Counted from the stretch's first letter, positions 1 to 12,055 are shown. The stretch: DNA of 64,000 bases from an uncultured Gammaproteobacteria bacterium (GCA_963827755.1 CAWHCQ010000012.1:96001-160000); one strand, 5' to 3'. Notes: generated by a model from the letters alone, not told the origin. Numbers and translations are program-made.

Positions 1-784
1 CCCTGACAAACCCGTTATGCATCCAGTAGTTTACAAAGGTCTCCCCGGTTGCCGCCTCGGATTGCGCGATTTCGTTCTCATGGTGCGGGAATTTCAGATC
101 CATGCCACCGCCGTGAATGTCGAAGTGCGGCCCGAGACAGCGCGTGGACATGGCCGAACACTCGATATGCCAGCCCGGCCGCCCGTTGCCCCAGGGTGAA
201 GGCCAGCTGGGCTCATCCGGCTTGACGCTCTTCCAGAGGACAAAATCAAGCGGGTCTTTCTTTGACTCATCGACAGCGACACGCGCACCTGCCTGCAGGT
301 CTTCGAGATTCCTTCCCGAGAGTTTCCCGTACGCATCGAATGTGCCAACCGCGTAATAGACATCGCCATTCTCACCCTGGTAGGCGTACCCCTTCTCCAC
401 CAGTGAGCTGATCATGGCGATAATGTCATCCATCGAGGTGGTCGCCATCGGCTCCTCGTCCGGCGGTATCACGCCGAGGGCCGCGGCATCCTCGTTCATG
501 ATATCGATAAAGCGGGTGGTCAACTCGTGAATGCTCTCGCCGTTTTCAATGGCCCGCGCAATGATCTTGTCGTCGACGTCGGTGATATTGCGCACATAGG
601 TGACCTGAAAACCAAGCTCCCTGAGATAACGGACAACCACATCGAATACCACCATGACGCGGGCATGCCCCAGGTGGCAATAGTCATAAACGGTCATGCC
701 ACAGACGTATATACGAATCTTGCCCGGCTCGATCGGGACAAAGACATCCTTGCGATTCGTAAGCGTGTTATAGATCTCCAGCAT
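1..784 (-). CDS. cysS: cysteine--tRNA ligase (5' part; runs off the window edge)
   Basis: Manual translation from ATG at 784: [42 protein letters not shown] (HIGH-type motif). Divergent from ppiB-lpxH as in other gammaproteobacteria. Absent from the ORF track because it is truncated. Confidence 0.95.
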   Translation of the reverse strand, partial: MLEIYNTLTNRKDVFVPIEPGKIRIYVCGMTVYDYCHLGHARVMVVFDVVVRYLRELGFQVTYVRNITDVDDKIIARAIENGESIHELTTRFIDIMNEDAAALGVIPPDEEPMATTSMDDIIAMISSLVEKGYAYQGENGDVYYAVGTFDAYGKLSGRNLEDLQAGARVAVDESKKDPLDFVLWKSVKPDEPSWPSPWGNGRPGWHIECSAMSTRCLGPHFDIHGGGMDLKFPHHENEIAQSEAATGETFVNYWMHNGFVR

Positions 785-962
785 CTTCAGTATTCCACTC
801 TATTTTCACATTGCCTGTCAGGAAATAGCCGGTGTGTACCTGGCGCGGCCATGGTAACGGAAAGCGGTTCATGCTACAAAAGCGCATCGTCGGCCAACGG
901 ACTTGTAAAGATGGCCAGAGTTTATATGATTGGGGTTTGGCATAATGAAAATGGAGTATTTT

Positions 963-1562
963 ATGAAACAGTTGCTGGGCACTTTTCTGGTCATGGCAGC
1001 AGGCATGCTGACGACTATCTCCATTTCCCACGGAGACAATTTACATCATAAAGGAGCAGACATGATTACAGTCCTCATGGAAACCACCAAGGGCAACATT
1101 ACACTGGAACTTGACAGCGCAAATGCACCGGAGACAGTTGCCAATTTCGTCGAATACGCCAGATCCGGCCACTATGACGGCACCATTTTTCACCGCGTGA
1201 TTCCCGGCTTCATGATCCAGGGCGGCGGCTTCGATGCGAACATGAGGCAAAAAGAAACAAAGGCGGCGATCAGGAATGAAGCAGACAACGGGCTGAAGAA
1301 TCACAACGGTACGATTGCAATGGCGAGAACCAATGACCCCCATTCAGCGACAGCGCAATTCTTTATCAACGTAAAAGACAATGGTTTCCTCGATCACACC
1401 TCGCAAACATCACGAGGCTGGGGATATACGGTCTTCGGAAAGGTCACCGATGGAATGGACACGGTTTCAGCTATTGAACATGTCAAGACGACCACCACTA
1501 ACGGGCAACAGGATGTTCCGGTGACAGACGTCGTTATCACTAAAGTAACCATCGTCGAATAA
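963..1562 (+). CDS. ppiB: cyclophilin-type peptidyl-prolyl cis-trans isomerase with N-terminal signal-like extension
   Basis: [31 protein letters not shown] and GYTVFGKV motifs; cysS-ppiB-lpxH synteny; GGAG before ATG 963. Confidence 0.93.
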   Translation: MKQLLGTFLVMAAGMLTTISISHGDNLHHKGADMITVLMETTKGNITLELDSANAPETVANFVEYARSGHYDGTIFHRVIPGFMIQGGGFDANMRQKETKAAIRNEADNGLKNHNGTIAMARTNDPHSATAQFFINVKDNGFLDHTSQTSRGWGYTVFGKVTDGMDTVSAIEHVKTTTTNGQQDVPVTDVVITKVTIVE

Positions 1563-1583
1563 GCCTTCGCGGACACTGCGCGT

Positions 1584-2327
1584 ATGTCACGCACCCTGTT
1601 CATCTCTGACCTGCATCTGGATGACGAACGGCCGCAGATCACGCAATTATTTCTCGATTTCCTCAAAAACCGCGCCAGCGGGTCGAATGCGCTGTATATC
1701 CTCGGCGACCTGTTCGAGGCCTGGATCGGGGATGATGATCACTCAACGCTGAACCTGGACGTGTGCCGGGGACTGGGTGAGTGCGCCGCCTCCGGCACTC
1801 CCGTGTTCGTCATGCATGGAAATCGGGACTTTCTGCTCGGTGAGCAATTTGCCAGGCAAGGCAACTGCACCCTGTTAGAGGACCCTGCACGAATCGACCT
1901 CTACGGCACCCCGACCCTGCTGATGCACGGCGACCTGTTATGCACCGATGACACGGAATACCAGGCATTCCGCGAGATGGTACGCAACCCGCAGTGGCAG
2001 GCAGACTTCCTGAAGAAACCACTTGAAGAGCGCCGCAGCATTGCCGATGAAATGCGCACCCTCAGCCGGGAGAAGACCAGCGGCAAGGCGGAGAGCATCA
2101 TGGACGTAAACCAGGCGGCTGTCATCCACGCCATGACTGACAACGGGGTAGCACGCCTGATCCACGGACACACCCACCGGCCGGATGTGCACGAGCTGCT
2201 GCTTGCCGGCGGGCCGGCACAACGCATCGTGCTGGGTGACTGGTATGCGCAGGGCAGTGTGCTGGAATGCACTCCCGCGGGCTGCCAGCTGCACAACATT
2301 GCGCTCAAGACACAGGCGAACCGCTGA
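1584..2327 (+). CDS. lpxH: UDP-2,3-diacylglucosamine diphosphatase
   Basis: Metallophosphoesterase motifs ISDLHL, LGDLFEAW, MHGNRDFL, HGD, IHGHTHRP, LGDW; follows ppiB. Confidence 0.95.
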   Translation: MSRTLFISDLHLDDERPQITQLFLDFLKNRASGSNALYILGDLFEAWIGDDDHSTLNLDVCRGLGECAASGTPVFVMHGNRDFLLGEQFARQGNCTLLEDPARIDLYGTPTLLMHGDLLCTDDTEYQAFREMVRNPQWQADFLKKPLEERRSIADEMRTLSREKTSGKAESIMDVNQAAVIHAMTDNGVARLIHGHTHRPDVHELLLAGGPAQRIVLGDWYAQGSVLECTPAGCQLHNIALKTQANR

Positions 2328-3587
2328 CTACCTGCCAGGAGCACCGGCCAGTTTCAGGCCGATTACCATATCTGTCACATTCGTGCCTGTAGGGCCTGTA
2401 GTCAGCACGTCCCCACTTGCCTGCAGAAACCTTGCTGAATCGGCCCGTCGCAGGCAGGACTGCGGATCGAGCCCGCAAGCTGCGCCCCTGGCCAGGGTGC
2501 CGGGATCGACAATGGCCCCGGCCGCCTGCGTCACGCCATCCGTCCCGTCGGTGCCTGCCGACAATAATAGAAGAGTGTCTCCCTTGACCATGGCAGATGC
2601 CGCCGCAAGCGCCAGGTGCTGGTTACGTCCACCCGCTCCCGGGACGGCGGGCAAGGTAACGGTCGTCTCCCCTCCCCACAGGTACAGACCCGAATGCCGG
2701 CTCCGGAGTTGTGCAACCAGCCGGGTACCCGTATCAAAGGCTTCCCCGCCAAGGCGCTCGTCCACTATGGTAGTGGTGTAGCCGAGCGCATCCCCGGCCA
2801 GCGCGGCCGCCTTCAGGGCCCTGTCAATGTTGGCCACGACGTGGTGCTCGATCCGCTCACGCCTGCTACTGCCCGCGCCCGCCGGACCGGTGGCCGCGGC
2901 CATGTCCGGAATCCAGCGAGGCAGGTGCAGCCCGGACAGGTCAGTGTCGACACTCGGGTATAACAGGCCTGAACCGATAATCGCAGGATCATCCCCGGCC
3001 ACATCCGAGATCAACAATGCCGTTGCCTCGCGCCCGTGCAGGTAATCAAGCAAGCCGCCGCCCTTGATGCGGGATACAGACCGGCGCACCCGGTTGATTG
3101 CACCAATGTCCAGCCCGCTGGCCAGCAGCCACCGGTTCAACTGCTGCAACTGCAGCAGACTGGTTGTCCCGGGGAGCACCTCTACCAGGCTGGAAGCACC
3201 GCCCGAGAGAAGAAACAGGAGAGCTGCATCAGCAGGCACTTCACCGAGAAACCGGCACAGCCTGTCGCCGGCCTGCAGGCTGCGGGCATCGGGAAGCGGA
3301 TGCCCGGCTTCCAGGCAGATAAAACGCGCATCCTGCCTGTGGTGCGGATCAATATGGCCTTCCCTGGTGACCAGCAAACAGCCGAGAAATCGCTCACCCA
3401 GAACCTGCAGCGCACCCGCCGCCATGGCCGAGGCGGCCTTGCCGATGGCAACAACACAGGTGTCGCATTGCGGGGGATGGCTTTCGAGGTATTCGGCGAC
3501 ACAGGGCGTGCCATGAACGGCGGCCAGTCCCGCCCTGAACACGGCTTCCAGGTGCTGTCGCTGTTTCACAAGGGATGGCTGTTTCAC
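2328..3587 (-). CDS. glycerate kinase family protein (DUF4147/MOFRL, TtuD-like)
   Basis: AIGKAA, GHPLPD, LLSGGASSL, ISDVAGDD, GGETTV, GGRNQH, GTDGTDG and TGPTGTNVTD motifs. Start (GTG 3587 or 3569) is approximate. Confidence 0.88.
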   Translation of the reverse strand: MKQPSLVKQRQHLEAVFRAGLAAVHGTPCVAEYLESHPPQCDTCVVAIGKAASAMAAGALQVLGERFLGCLLVTREGHIDPHHRQDARFICLEAGHPLPDARSLQAGDRLCRFLGEVPADAALLFLLSGGASSLVEVLPGTTSLLQLQQLNRWLLASGLDIGAINRVRRSVSRIKGGGLLDYLHGREATALLISDVAGDDPAIIGSGLLYPSVDTDLSGLHLPRWIPDMAAATGPAGAGSSRRERIEHHVVANIDRALKAAALAGDALGYTTTIVDERLGGEAFDTGTRLVAQLRSRHSGLYLWGGETTVTLPAVPGAGGRNQHLALAAASAMVKGDTLLLLSAGTDGTDGVTQAAGAIVDPGTLARGAACGLDPQSCLRRADSARFLQASGDVLTTGPTGTNVTDMVIGLKLAGAPGR

Positions 3588-3636
3588 CCCCGCTGTATTA
3601 CCGGGCGCGCAGCGGCCGGCCGAACAGCATGCTGCA

Positions 3637-4827
3637 CTAGGCGGGCAATCGCGAGAGACCCCGTTCGAGATCCGCCTGCAAATCGGCAACGCTCTCCAGG
3701 CCGACGGCCAGGCGTATCAGGCCATCGGAAATTCCGGCTGCCTCGCGCTGCTCCGGAGTCAACCGGCCGTGGGTTGTGGTTGCCGGATGCGTGACCGTAC
3801 TCTTTGTATCACCCAGGTTAGCGGTTATCGAAAAGACACGGGTCGCATCGATGACTTTCCAGGCATCCTGTATGCCACCTTTCAGTTCGAACGAAACGAT
3901 GCCGCCAAAGTCGTCCTGCTGACGACTTGCCAGCTCATGCCCGGGGTGCGATGCCAGGCCAGGATGATAGACCCGCGTTACCTGTTCATGCTGTTCCAGC
4001 CACCCTGCCAGTGCCAGGGCACTGGCACAAATCGCACGCATGCGTATTGACAGGGTTTCCAGGCCTTTCAAAAAGACCCAGGCATTGAACGGGCTCATCG
4101 TCGGTCCGGCGGTACGCAGAAAACCGTAGACATCCTTGCCGACAACCTCCTCACTGCCGACAACTGCACCGCCGATGCAGCGACCCTGCCCGTCGAGATA
4201 CTTGGTGGCCGAGTGGATAACGATGTCCGCCCCCAGTTCCAGGGGGCGTTGCAGGGCCGGCGTACAAAAACAGTTGTCCACGGCCAGCAGGCAGTTGTTT
4301 TCCCTTGCAACAACGGCAAGTTCGGCGATATCCGCAATCTCCGATAACGGGTTGGAAGGCGTCTCCAGGAACAGCAGCCGGGTTGCCGGCCGAATGGCCT
4401 CGCGCCAGGCCTGTATATCCGATAATGCGACAAATGTTGTCTCAATCCCGAATTTCGCCAGGTAGTTGGTAAACAGAAGACTGGTCGTCCCGAAGATACT
4501 GCGTGACGAGACGATGTGGTCGCCCGCCTTCAGCAGGCCCGCGCAGGTTGCCAGGATGGCAGCCATTCCCGAGGACGTTGCAACACAGCATTCGCCGCCT
4601 TCCAGGGAAGCCAGTCTTTGCTCGAATGTGCGTACGGTGGGGTTGGTAAACCGTGAATAGATATTACCCGGCTGGTCGCCGGAAAAGCGGGCGGCGGCTT
4701 CTGCAGCACTGGCGAATACATAGCTCGAGGTAGGGAATATCGCCTCTGAATGCTCACCTTCCGGGGAACGCTGCTGTCCGGCGCGTACTGCCCTGGTATC
4801 AAAATCGAACTCATCATCTCTAGGCAT
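3637..4827 (-). CDS. metZ: O-succinylhomoserine sulfhydrylase
   Basis: YSRFTNPT, ETPSNP, HSATKY (PLP lysine), ANLGD, HPATTTHGR; purF-metZ synteny. Confidence 0.95.
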   Translation of the reverse strand: MPRDDEFDFDTRAVRAGQQRSPEGEHSEAIFPTSSYVFASAAEAAARFSGDQPGNIYSRFTNPTVRTFEQRLASLEGGECCVATSSGMAAILATCAGLLKAGDHIVSSRSIFGTTSLLFTNYLAKFGIETTFVALSDIQAWREAIRPATRLLFLETPSNPLSEIADIAELAVVARENNCLLAVDNCFCTPALQRPLELGADIVIHSATKYLDGQGRCIGGAVVGSEEVVGKDVYGFLRTAGPTMSPFNAWVFLKGLETLSIRMRAICASALALAGWLEQHEQVTRVYHPGLASHPGHELASRQQDDFGGIVSFELKGGIQDAWKVIDATRVFSITANLGDTKSTVTHPATTTHGRLTPEQREAAGISDGLIRLAVGLESVADLQADLERGLSRLPA

Positions 4828-4845
4828 GGCAACTCCCCGGGGCAT

Positions 4846-4879
4846 AAAAAAACCTGCTGTCAGCCAGGCGAAAGCAGGT
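4846..4879 (-). terminator. intrinsic terminator-like hairpin in the metZ leader
   Basis: Minus strand ACCTGCT-TTCGCCTGGCTGAC-AGCAGGT followed by a T tract, between the riboswitch aptamer and the GGAG RBS of metZ. Confidence 0.75.
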
Positions 4880-4883
4880 GCCG

Positions 4884-4935
4884 TCGCTTTAGCTGTACTT
4901 GTAAAGCGCCCGCAAGCTGAAATCAAATCGGCGCT
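4884..4935 (-). ncRNA. SAM-II class riboswitch aptamer
   Basis: Minus strand GCGCCGATTTGATTTCAGCTTGCGGGCGCTTTACAAGTACAGCTAAAGCG matches the SAM-II pattern (P1 GCGCC/GGCGC, GAUUU, UUGC, GCUAAA) and lies upstream of a methionine biosynthesis gene. Confidence 0.85.
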
Positions 4936-4990
4936 AATGAATTCAAGACTAGATGAGAAACGATCCTGCTGTCAATACAGGCAACTCGAG

Positions 4991-6502
4991 TCACGCGGTA
5001 TTGTGCAGGTCAATGACCTCGTTATCGCCTTCACGTCGATCGTTCTTGCTGGCGTCATTACGCGTATGCTCAAGCTCGCTCAGGTACTTGTTACCGATAT
5101 CACCGGTGATGTATTTACCGGTAAATACCGAGGAATCGAATTGCTTGATCTGCGGATTGCCCTTGTCGACCGCCCTGACCAGATCCTCGAGGTCCTGAAA
5201 GATCAGCCAGTCGGCACCGATTTCCTTGCATATTTCGGCCTCGGTACGTCCATGTGCAATCAGTTCATCACTGACCGGCATGTCGATGCCATAGACATTG
5301 GGATAACGAACCGGCGGGGATGCCGAGGCAAAATAGACCTTGTTTGCGCCCGCATCACGCGCCATTTCAATAATCTGCGATGAAGTGGTACCGCGTACAA
5401 TCGAGTCATCAACCAGCATCACGTTCTTGCCCCTGAATTCCAGGTCGATCACGTTCAGTTTCTGGCGCACCGATTTTTTACGCTGCTGCTGGCCCGGCAT
5501 GATAAAGGTCCGGCCAATATAGCGGTTCTTTATGAAACCCTCGCGATACTTGAGTCCGAGCGTATTGGCAAGCTGCAGGGCAGAGGTACGACTGGTATCG
5601 GGTATCGGTATGACAACATCGATATCATGATCCGGACGGATGCGAAGTATCTTGTTTGCGAGTTTCTCACCCATCCGCAGGCGGGCCTTGTAGACGGACA
5701 CGTTGTCGATAATCGAGTCGGGGCGTGCCAGGTATACGTATTCGAATATGCAGGGTGAAAGCACCGGGTTCTCGGCGCACTGGCGCTTGTGAATCTGGCC
5801 GTCAATCGTGATAAATACTGCCTCACCCGGCGCCACGTCGGCAATCAGTTCATAGCCCAGCACATCGAGCGCAACACTCTCGGAGGCGGTCATGTAATCG
5901 ACCCCCTGCGGCGTTACCCGCTTTCCGTAGACCAGGGGACGGATACCGTAGGGATCGCGGAAAGCGACAATTCCCTGACCGGTAATCATCGCCACTGCAG
6001 CAAAGGCACCGCGACAGCGCCGGTAGACACCGGCGACTGCATTGAACACATCCTCGACATTCATCTTCAGCTTTGCGTACTGCTGGAGTTCGTGTGCAAA
6101 GACGTTCAGCAATACCTCGGAGTCCGAATCGGTATTGATCTGGCGCAGGTCTTCCTGGAACAGTTCCTGCTTGAGCTTGTTTGCATTGGTCAGGTTGCCG
6201 TTATGCGCCAGGCAGATGCCATACGGGGAGTTGACATAAAACGGCTGGGCTTCAGCGGAGCTTTCACTGCCGGCGGTTGGATAGCGGACATGGCCGATTC
6301 CCATGTTGCCGAACATATGTGTCATGTGGCGGTTATGAAAGACATCGCGCACCAGGCCGTTGTCCTTGCGCAGGTGCAGGCGGCCACCTTCACAGGTAAT
6401 AATCCCCGCCGCATCCTGACCACGGTGCTGCAGGACAGTTAGCCCGTCATAGATGGACTGGTTTACCGGTTCATGAGCAACAATCCCTATGATTCCGCAC
6501 AT
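4991..6502 (-). CDS. purF: amidophosphoribosyltransferase
   Basis: N-terminal MCGIIG, QHRGQD, PRPP-binding [15 protein letters not shown]. Confidence 0.98.
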   Translation of the reverse strand: MCGIIGIVAHEPVNQSIYDGLTVLQHRGQDAAGIITCEGGRLHLRKDNGLVRDVFHNRHMTHMFGNMGIGHVRYPTAGSESSAEAQPFYVNSPYGICLAHNGNLTNANKLKQELFQEDLRQINTDSDSEVLLNVFAHELQQYAKLKMNVEDVFNAVAGVYRRCRGAFAAVAMITGQGIVAFRDPYGIRPLVYGKRVTPQGVDYMTASESVALDVLGYELIADVAPGEAVFITIDGQIHKRQCAENPVLSPCIFEYVYLARPDSIIDNVSVYKARLRMGEKLANKILRIRPDHDIDVVIPIPDTSRTSALQLANTLGLKYREGFIKNRYIGRTFIMPGQQQRKKSVRQKLNVIDLEFRGKNVMLVDDSIVRGTTSSQIIEMARDAGANKVYFASASPPVRYPNVYGIDMPVSDELIAHGRTEAEICKEIGADWLIFQDLEDLVRAVDKGNPQIKQFDSSVFTGKYITGDIGNKYLSELEHTRNDASKNDRREGDNEVIDLHNTA

Positions 6503-6536
6503 ACTTGAACCTCACTCAGCTATCGGCCAGGGAAAA

Positions 6537-7034
6537 TCAGGCATAGTTGATTTTGTCAGCGAACTCGGGAGGCAGAAAGTTGCGTATCCACACGGCAAGC
6601 TCCTCAAAATATCCGAGCAGATGTGAATTCTGCCACCAGGGATCCTGCGGCAGCAGCGTCATTCCCGCCAGCAAGACCAGGATCGCGACAATGACCCCGC
6701 CACGCGCCGCCCCGAATACCACGCCGAGCATCCTGTCCGTACCGGTCAGGCCTGTCTTTGCAACCAGTTTGCCTGCCAGGTAATTCAGCACGGCACCCAG
6801 TATCCATGTACAGATAAACAGCGCGGCAAATGCCGCGGGCTTCTGCGCGGAAGGCAGCGATAGCCACTGCGAAAGCCAGATTGCCAGGTCCTCGTAAAAG
6901 GTCATGGCTACCCAGAAGGCAACCAGCCACGTGGCCAGATCAAGCGCCTCGGTTACAAAACCTCGAAACAGACTTAAAATTGCGGACAGCACAATCAGCG
7001 CGATTATTACAATATCAATCCAGGCCATAGCCAT
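6537..7034 (-). CDS. cvpA: CvpA family membrane protein
   Basis: Hydrophobic 165 aa with RGFV..A and DRMLG.VFG.ARG; directly upstream of purF. Confidence 0.93.
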   Translation of the reverse strand: MAMAWIDIVIIALIVLSAILSLFRGFVTEALDLATWLVAFWVAMTFYEDLAIWLSQWLSLPSAQKPAAFAALFICTWILGAVLNYLAGKLVAKTGLTGTDRMLGVVFGAARGGVIVAILVLLAGMTLLPQDPWWQNSHLLGYFEELAVWIRNFLPPEFADKINYA

Positions 7035-7143
7035 ACTTGTACCCCTGAGATTCCAGACCGGGAAAAACCCGCTCTGCTGACTTTCGAAAATAATTCATAG
7101 CCTGTGCATTTTACCAGATATACAGAGGCCACCGCCATGTCGA

Positions 7144-7726
7144 TCAGCGCGGGTTATTGATGATAATACCCTCGAGCCTGAATTCATCGCCCAGCGTGTC
7201 CCGCAGTTGCTCTGCCACCGCCCGACTCGTTTCAGGGCCCACCATCACCCGGTATATATGGCCCGATTTGGTGCTTGTTTTCTGATGCCTGGCGTCATAA
7301 CCGGATGATATCAAGACGCTTGCTGAGCCCGCTGGCATTTGCCTCGCTGGAGAAACTGCCAACCTGTACATACCAGCCCGGCAAGTATGTTGCCGCCGCT
7401 ATTTCACGCGCCACTGGTTCAGGTTCAGGTTGCAGTTCAGGTTGAGGTTTCGGCTCCGGGATAACCGCTTTCTTCCTGACCGGCTCGGCAAGCCCGTAGA
7501 CGGGTTTCTCCACAACCTTCGGGGTACGATTGACCGGGGCCGGTCTTTTGATATCGCGCGACAGATCCATCCGCGCCTTGTAGTCCAGTTGCGGCGCTTC
7601 GGGAATACCGTGACTCAGCGGGGTCCACTCATTATCCGGCCCCTCCAGGATTACCGGGATAAAAATCACGGCCAGCGATACCAGGACTATGGCCCCCGTC
7701 AGCCGGTGTTTAAGGTTCTGATCCAT
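7144..7726 (-). CDS. dedD: SPOR-domain cell division protein DedD (one frameshift near 7315)
   Basis: N-terminus LKHRLTGAIVLVSLAVIFIP, Pro-rich linker, SPOR domain WYVQVGSFS...YRVMVGP split over two frames by one extra base; folC-dedD-cvpA-purF synteny. Confidence 0.85.
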
Positions 7727-7778
7727 CGATTTTCCACTGCTTGTACCTGTCACCAGGCGGACAAAATAATGCCGAAGA

Positions 7779-9045
7779 CTATACAGGACATGCACGGGCC
7801 TCTGCCACGGTCAAAAAAGATCCACAGACCACGATTCGGTCACCGGCTGCGGAATCCCTGTGCGCCTGCCGCCATGCTGCCGGGACATCCGCGAAATCCC
7901 TGTTTGCACAGCTGGATGCCGGCGTCCGCGACCTGTTGCTGCAATTCCCGCGCCGACAAACCACGTTCACCATCAAGCCCCGCGAGGTACCAGTGGTCAA
8001 CTGCCGGGGCCAGCACGGTTGCAAATTCGCCGGCCTGCTTGTCATTCAGCATACCCAGAACGATCCGCGTGCTGCCTGCACATGACCTGTCCTGGAGCAC
8101 CTCTAACAGGCGGCTTGCGCTGGCGGTATTGTGGGCAACATCGAGGATCTGTTCTACCGGACCGGCAACGATCTGGCAACGACCCGGCAAGCTGACTGAC
8201 TGAAACCCCTGCTCAACAGCCGCTCTTGACACAGGATAACGACCACTCAATAACTCCAGCGCCATTAAAACACCTGCTGCATTATCCAGCTGGTGCCTGC
8301 CGGGCAGCGACGGCCAGGGCAATGCCTCCAGGCGACTGCTGACACCTCGAAAGGTCCACCCGGCCCCCTCCTGTTTACAGGAATACGCCTGCCCCAGGCA
8401 GTACCAGTCGGCACCAATCTCGCGTGCGCGCTTCTCCAGACTGGCGGGTGGCGCCGGGTCCGAGCAGATAGCCGGACGGTCTGAACGAAATATTCCGGCC
8501 TTTTCCCGGCCGATGGATTCCCGGTCCGTACCCAGCCAGGCGCAATGATCAATTGCAATCGATGTGACCAGCGCGACGGCGGGATCGATGATGTTGACGG
8601 CATCGAGTCGTCCGCCCAGGCCAACTTCCAGCACCACGATATCGAGTGGTGCCTGCCTGAACAGCTGCAGCGCCGCCAGTGTTCCGAATTCAAAATAAGA
8701 CAGCGTGGTTGTGCCACGCGCCTCGTCCACCGCGGCAAAGGCTGCACACAACGCTGCATCATCGACTTCAGTACCGTTTATATGAATACGTTCGTTATAG
8801 CGGAACAGGTGGGGAGAGGTATATGCGCCTGTACGATAGCCGGCAGCCAGGAGAATGCTTTCAAGGAATGCGACGCTGGAGCCCTTGCCATTGGTCCCTG
8901 CAACCGTAATAACGGCTGGCTCCGGTTGTATGACACCGAGGCGGCTGGCTACAGCGGCAACCCTTTCAAGACCGAGGTCGATTTTCTTCGGGTGCAAACT
9001 TTCCTGCCAGCTCAGCCAGTCGGCCAGTGTTTGAAAACGCGGCAT
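7779..9045 (-). CDS. folC: bifunctional folylpolyglutamate/dihydrofolate synthase (frameshift near 7910)
   Basis: VAGTNGKGS, YTSPHL, LEVGLGGRLDA, LDVAHN. The conserved C-terminal VVCGSFLTV lies in the next frame (ORF ending at 7779). Confidence 0.93.
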
Positions 9046-9093
9046 AGTGCGGTTACCGGGGAATTATGACAGAGCACCGGCCGGCCGGTGCCG

Positions 9094-9960
9094 CTAGCTG
9101 GCAGTGTCAGCTGTTCCTGTCAGGATTTTCAGCAGGTTTGCGATTGTTGCACGCATTTCCCTGCGATCAACTATCAGATCGATGGCCCCGTGCTCGAGCA
9201 GAAATTCGCTGCGTTGAAATCCATCCGGGAGGGTTTCGCGCACGGTTTGCTCGATGACACGCGGCCCCGCAAAACCGATCAGCGCCCTGGGCTCGGCGAT
9301 ATTGATATCCCCGAGCATGGCAAAACTGGCCGAAACGCCACCCATCGTGGGATCGGTCAGCACGGATATAAAAGGAATCCCGGCAGCCGACAATCGCCCC
9401 AGCACTGCGCTGGTCTTGGCCATTTGCATCAGGGAAAACAGCGCCTCCTGCATGCGTGCTCCACCACTGGCGGAAAAGCAGATCAGCGGCATCTTTTCCT
9501 TGAGGGAAATTTCAGCTGCGCGTACAAAGCGCTCGCCGACCACGGCGCCCATGGATCCCCCCATGAAACTGAATTCAAAGGCCATGGCGACCACAGGCAG
9601 GCCTTCCAGTGTACCCTGCATGGCAATCAGGGCATCCTTTTCACCCGTCGCCTTCTGGGCAGCGAGCAGGCGGTCACGATACTTCCTGCTGTCCTTGAAC
9701 TTGAGCACATCGACCGGCTCCAGGCCTGCCGCGATTTCATTGCCGGATGACGCGTCAAGAAATATCTCGAGTCGACGTCGCCCGCCGATTCTCAGGTGGT
9801 AACTGCATTTCGGACAGACATCAAAATTTCGCTCCAGCTCGGAACGGTAGAGCACCGCACTGCAACCGTTACACTTTATCCACAGGCCTTCCGGCACCGT
9901 GCGCTTGTTACCGCCAGCGGTACGAATTTTTGATGGCATTAACTTACTGAACCAGCTCAT
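9094..9960 (-). CDS. accD: acetyl-CoA carboxylase carboxyltransferase subunit beta
   Basis: Zn finger C-x2-C...C-x2-[24 protein letters not shown]. Confidence 0.97.
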   Translation of the reverse strand: MSWFSKLMPSKIRTAGGNKRTVPEGLWIKCNGCSAVLYRSELERNFDVCPKCSYHLRIGGRRRLEIFLDASSGNEIAAGLEPVDVLKFKDSRKYRDRLLAAQKATGEKDALIAMQGTLEGLPVVAMAFEFSFMGGSMGAVVGERFVRAAEISLKEKMPLICFSASGGARMQEALFSLMQMAKTSAVLGRLSAAGIPFISVLTDPTMGGVSASFAMLGDINIAEPRALIGFAGPRVIEQTVRETLPDGFQRSEFLLEHGAIDLIVDRREMRATIANLLKILTGTADTAS

Positions 9961-10016
9961 GTTATGCATTATACCTGTTTCAACAATAGAGTATAAACCG
10001 ACCCTGGAAGAGACCG

Positions 10017-10829
10017 TCAGGAAACGGCCTGGTCGATTGCCGCGCGCAACTCGGCAACGCTGGAGGCGAGGGTTGCCGGGATTGATTCCGGACTGTCAAC
10101 AAGCCCGGCTATCTTGCTGACCAGGACACTGCCGACAACCACGGCATCTGCAATCTTCGCGACCTGCGCCGCGGTTTCGGGGTCACGAATGCCAAAACCC
10201 ACCCCGAGTGGCAAGTCCGTATATTGCCGCACCTCCCCGAGCTTGCCGGCGACCGCATCGATATCGAGGCGGTTTGCGCCGGTAACACCCTTGAAGGATA
10301 CGTAATAGATAAAGCCGCTGGCTGCAGCGACCACTTTCCGAATGCGCTCCACGCCACTCGTCGGCGCCAGCAGGAAGATGATATCAATACCATTGGCCTG
10401 CAAATGTTCCCCGAGTTCACCCGCTTCTTCCGGTGGCATATCCACGGTTAACATGCCATCGACACCGGCCTCCCCGGCAGCCCTGGAAAATTCCCGGTAA
10501 CCCCAGACTTCTATCGGGTTGAGATAGCCCATTAAAATGACAGGCGTACTGGAATCCTTGCGGCGAAACTCCCTGACCATATCGAGCACCTGGTGCAGGG
10601 TGACGTGATGTGCAAGCGCCCGCTCGCAGGCCGCCTGGATGACCGGCCCGTCGGCCATGGGATCGGAGAACGGTACCCCGATCTCGAGGATGTCGGCACC
10701 GGCCTCCACCATCGCGTGCAATGCCGGCACCGTCACGTCCGGTTGCGGGTCACCCGCCGTCACATAGGGTATCAGCGCCGTGCGCTTGTTTTTTTTCAGT
10801 TCCGCAAATCGTTCGGCGATGCGACTCAT
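10017..10829 (-). CDS. trpA: tryptophan synthase subunit alpha
   Basis: [24 protein letters not shown]. Confidence 0.97.
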   Translation of the reverse strand: MSRIAERFAELKKNKRTALIPYVTAGDPQPDVTVPALHAMVEAGADILEIGVPFSDPMADGPVIQAACERALAHHVTLHQVLDMVREFRRKDSSTPVILMGYLNPIEVWGYREFSRAAGEAGVDGMLTVDMPPEEAGELGEHLQANGIDIIFLLAPTSGVERIRKVVAAASGFIYYVSFKGVTGANRLDIDAVAGKLGEVRQYTDLPLGVGFGIRDPETAAQVAKIADAVVVGSVLVSKIAGLVDSPESIPATLASSVAELRAAIDQAVS

Positions 10830-12055
10830 ATCGTGATTCCTTCCAGGGCGGCAACGGTCTGCACATCCTTGTCACCACGACCGGACAGGTTCACCACGAT
10901 AATCTTGTCCTTGTCCATTCCGGCCGCCAGCTTCGTTGCATAGGCGAGCGCGTGACTGGTCTCCAGCGCCGGCATGATGCCTTCGATCCGGGTAAGTTGA
11001 TGAAAGGCTTTCAGCGCCTCGGTATCCGTTATCGCTGAATAGCTGGCACGACCAGTATCTTTCAACCAGGCATGTTCAGGACCCACACCCGGATAATCCA
11101 GGCCGGCTGAGACCGAATGGGTTTCTATAATCTGGCCATCGCTGTCCTCCATCAGGTAGGTACGATTGCCATGCAGGACGCCTGAGGTGCCTGCACACAG
11201 GGGTGCTGCATGTCGACCTGTCTCGACACCGTCCCCACCTGCCTCGACGCCGTGTAACTCCACCGATGTATCGTTAATGAAGGGATGAAACAGGCCTATT
11301 GCATTTGAACCACCGCCCACACAGGCAACCAGCGCGTCCGGCAACCGCCCGGCCTGTTCCATGATCTGCTCGCGTGTCTCCCGCCCGATAACAGCCTGGA
11401 AATCACGCACCATGGCAGGATAGGGGTGCGGGCCGGCGACCGTACCGATAATGTAGAAGGTATCATCGACGTTGGTTACCCAATCGCGCAGCGCCTCATT
11501 GAGAGCATCCTTGAGCGTCTTTGATCCCGATTCCACAGACACCACCTCGGCACCCAGCAGGCGCATACGAAAGACATTGATCGACTGGCGCTTGATGTCC
11601 TCTGAACCCATGTATACCACGCACGGCATGCCGAGGCGGGCCGCTACAGTCGCCGAGGCAACCCCGTGTTGACCGGCACCGGTTTCCGCAATAATTCGCG
11701 TCTTGCCCATGCGCTTCGCGAGCAGGGCCTGGCCGACGGTATTGTTTATCTTGTGCGCACCGGTGTGGTTCAGGTCTTCACGTTTCAGGTAGATCCGTGC
11801 CCCGCCCGCCTCGCTGGTCAGGCGTTTTGCAAAATAAAGCGGAGACGGGCGGCCGACAAAATTCTTCAGATCATCATCCAGTTCAGCGAGGAATTCCGGG
11901 TCTTGCAGATATTTTTTGTAGGCCTTGTTTAACTCGTCCAGTGGAAACATCAGGGTCTCTGCCACGAATTGCCCGCCAAAGGCACCAAAATGTCCGCGCT
12001 CATCCGGTAATGTCTCACCGGTCATCTTGATATCAGCTGCCTGCGTCTGATCCAC
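10826..12055 (-). CDS. trpB: tryptophan synthase subunit beta
   Basis: [11 protein letters not shown] (PLP lysine), [29 protein letters not shown]. Confidence 0.98.
   Translation of the reverse strand: MDQTQAADIKMTGETLPDERGHFGAFGGQFVAETLMFPLDELNKAYKKYLQDPEFLAELDDDLKNFVGRPSPLYFAKRLTSEAGGARIYLKREDLNHTGAHKINNTVGQALLAKRMGKTRIIAETGAGQHGVASATVAARLGMPCVVYMGSEDIKRQSINVFRMRLLGAEVVSVESGSKTLKDALNEALRDWVTNVDDTFYIIGTVAGPHPYPAMVRDFQAVIGRETREQIMEQAGRLPDALVACVGGGSNAIGLFHPFINDTSVELHGVEAGGDGVETGRHAAPLCAGTSGVLHGNRTYLMEDSDGQIIETHSVSAGLDYPGVGPEHAWLKDTGRASYSAITDTEALKAFHQLTRIEGIMPALETSHALAYATKLAAGMDKDKIIVVNLSGRGDKDVQTVAALEGITI

Noticed and set aside
527-1051. 174-aa plus-strand ORF and the many other long antisense ORFs in the track (e.g. 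14230-15051, 32159-33100, 54856-55881)
   Set aside because: Shadow ORFs opposite well-supported genes, expected at this GC content, with no recognisable motifs.
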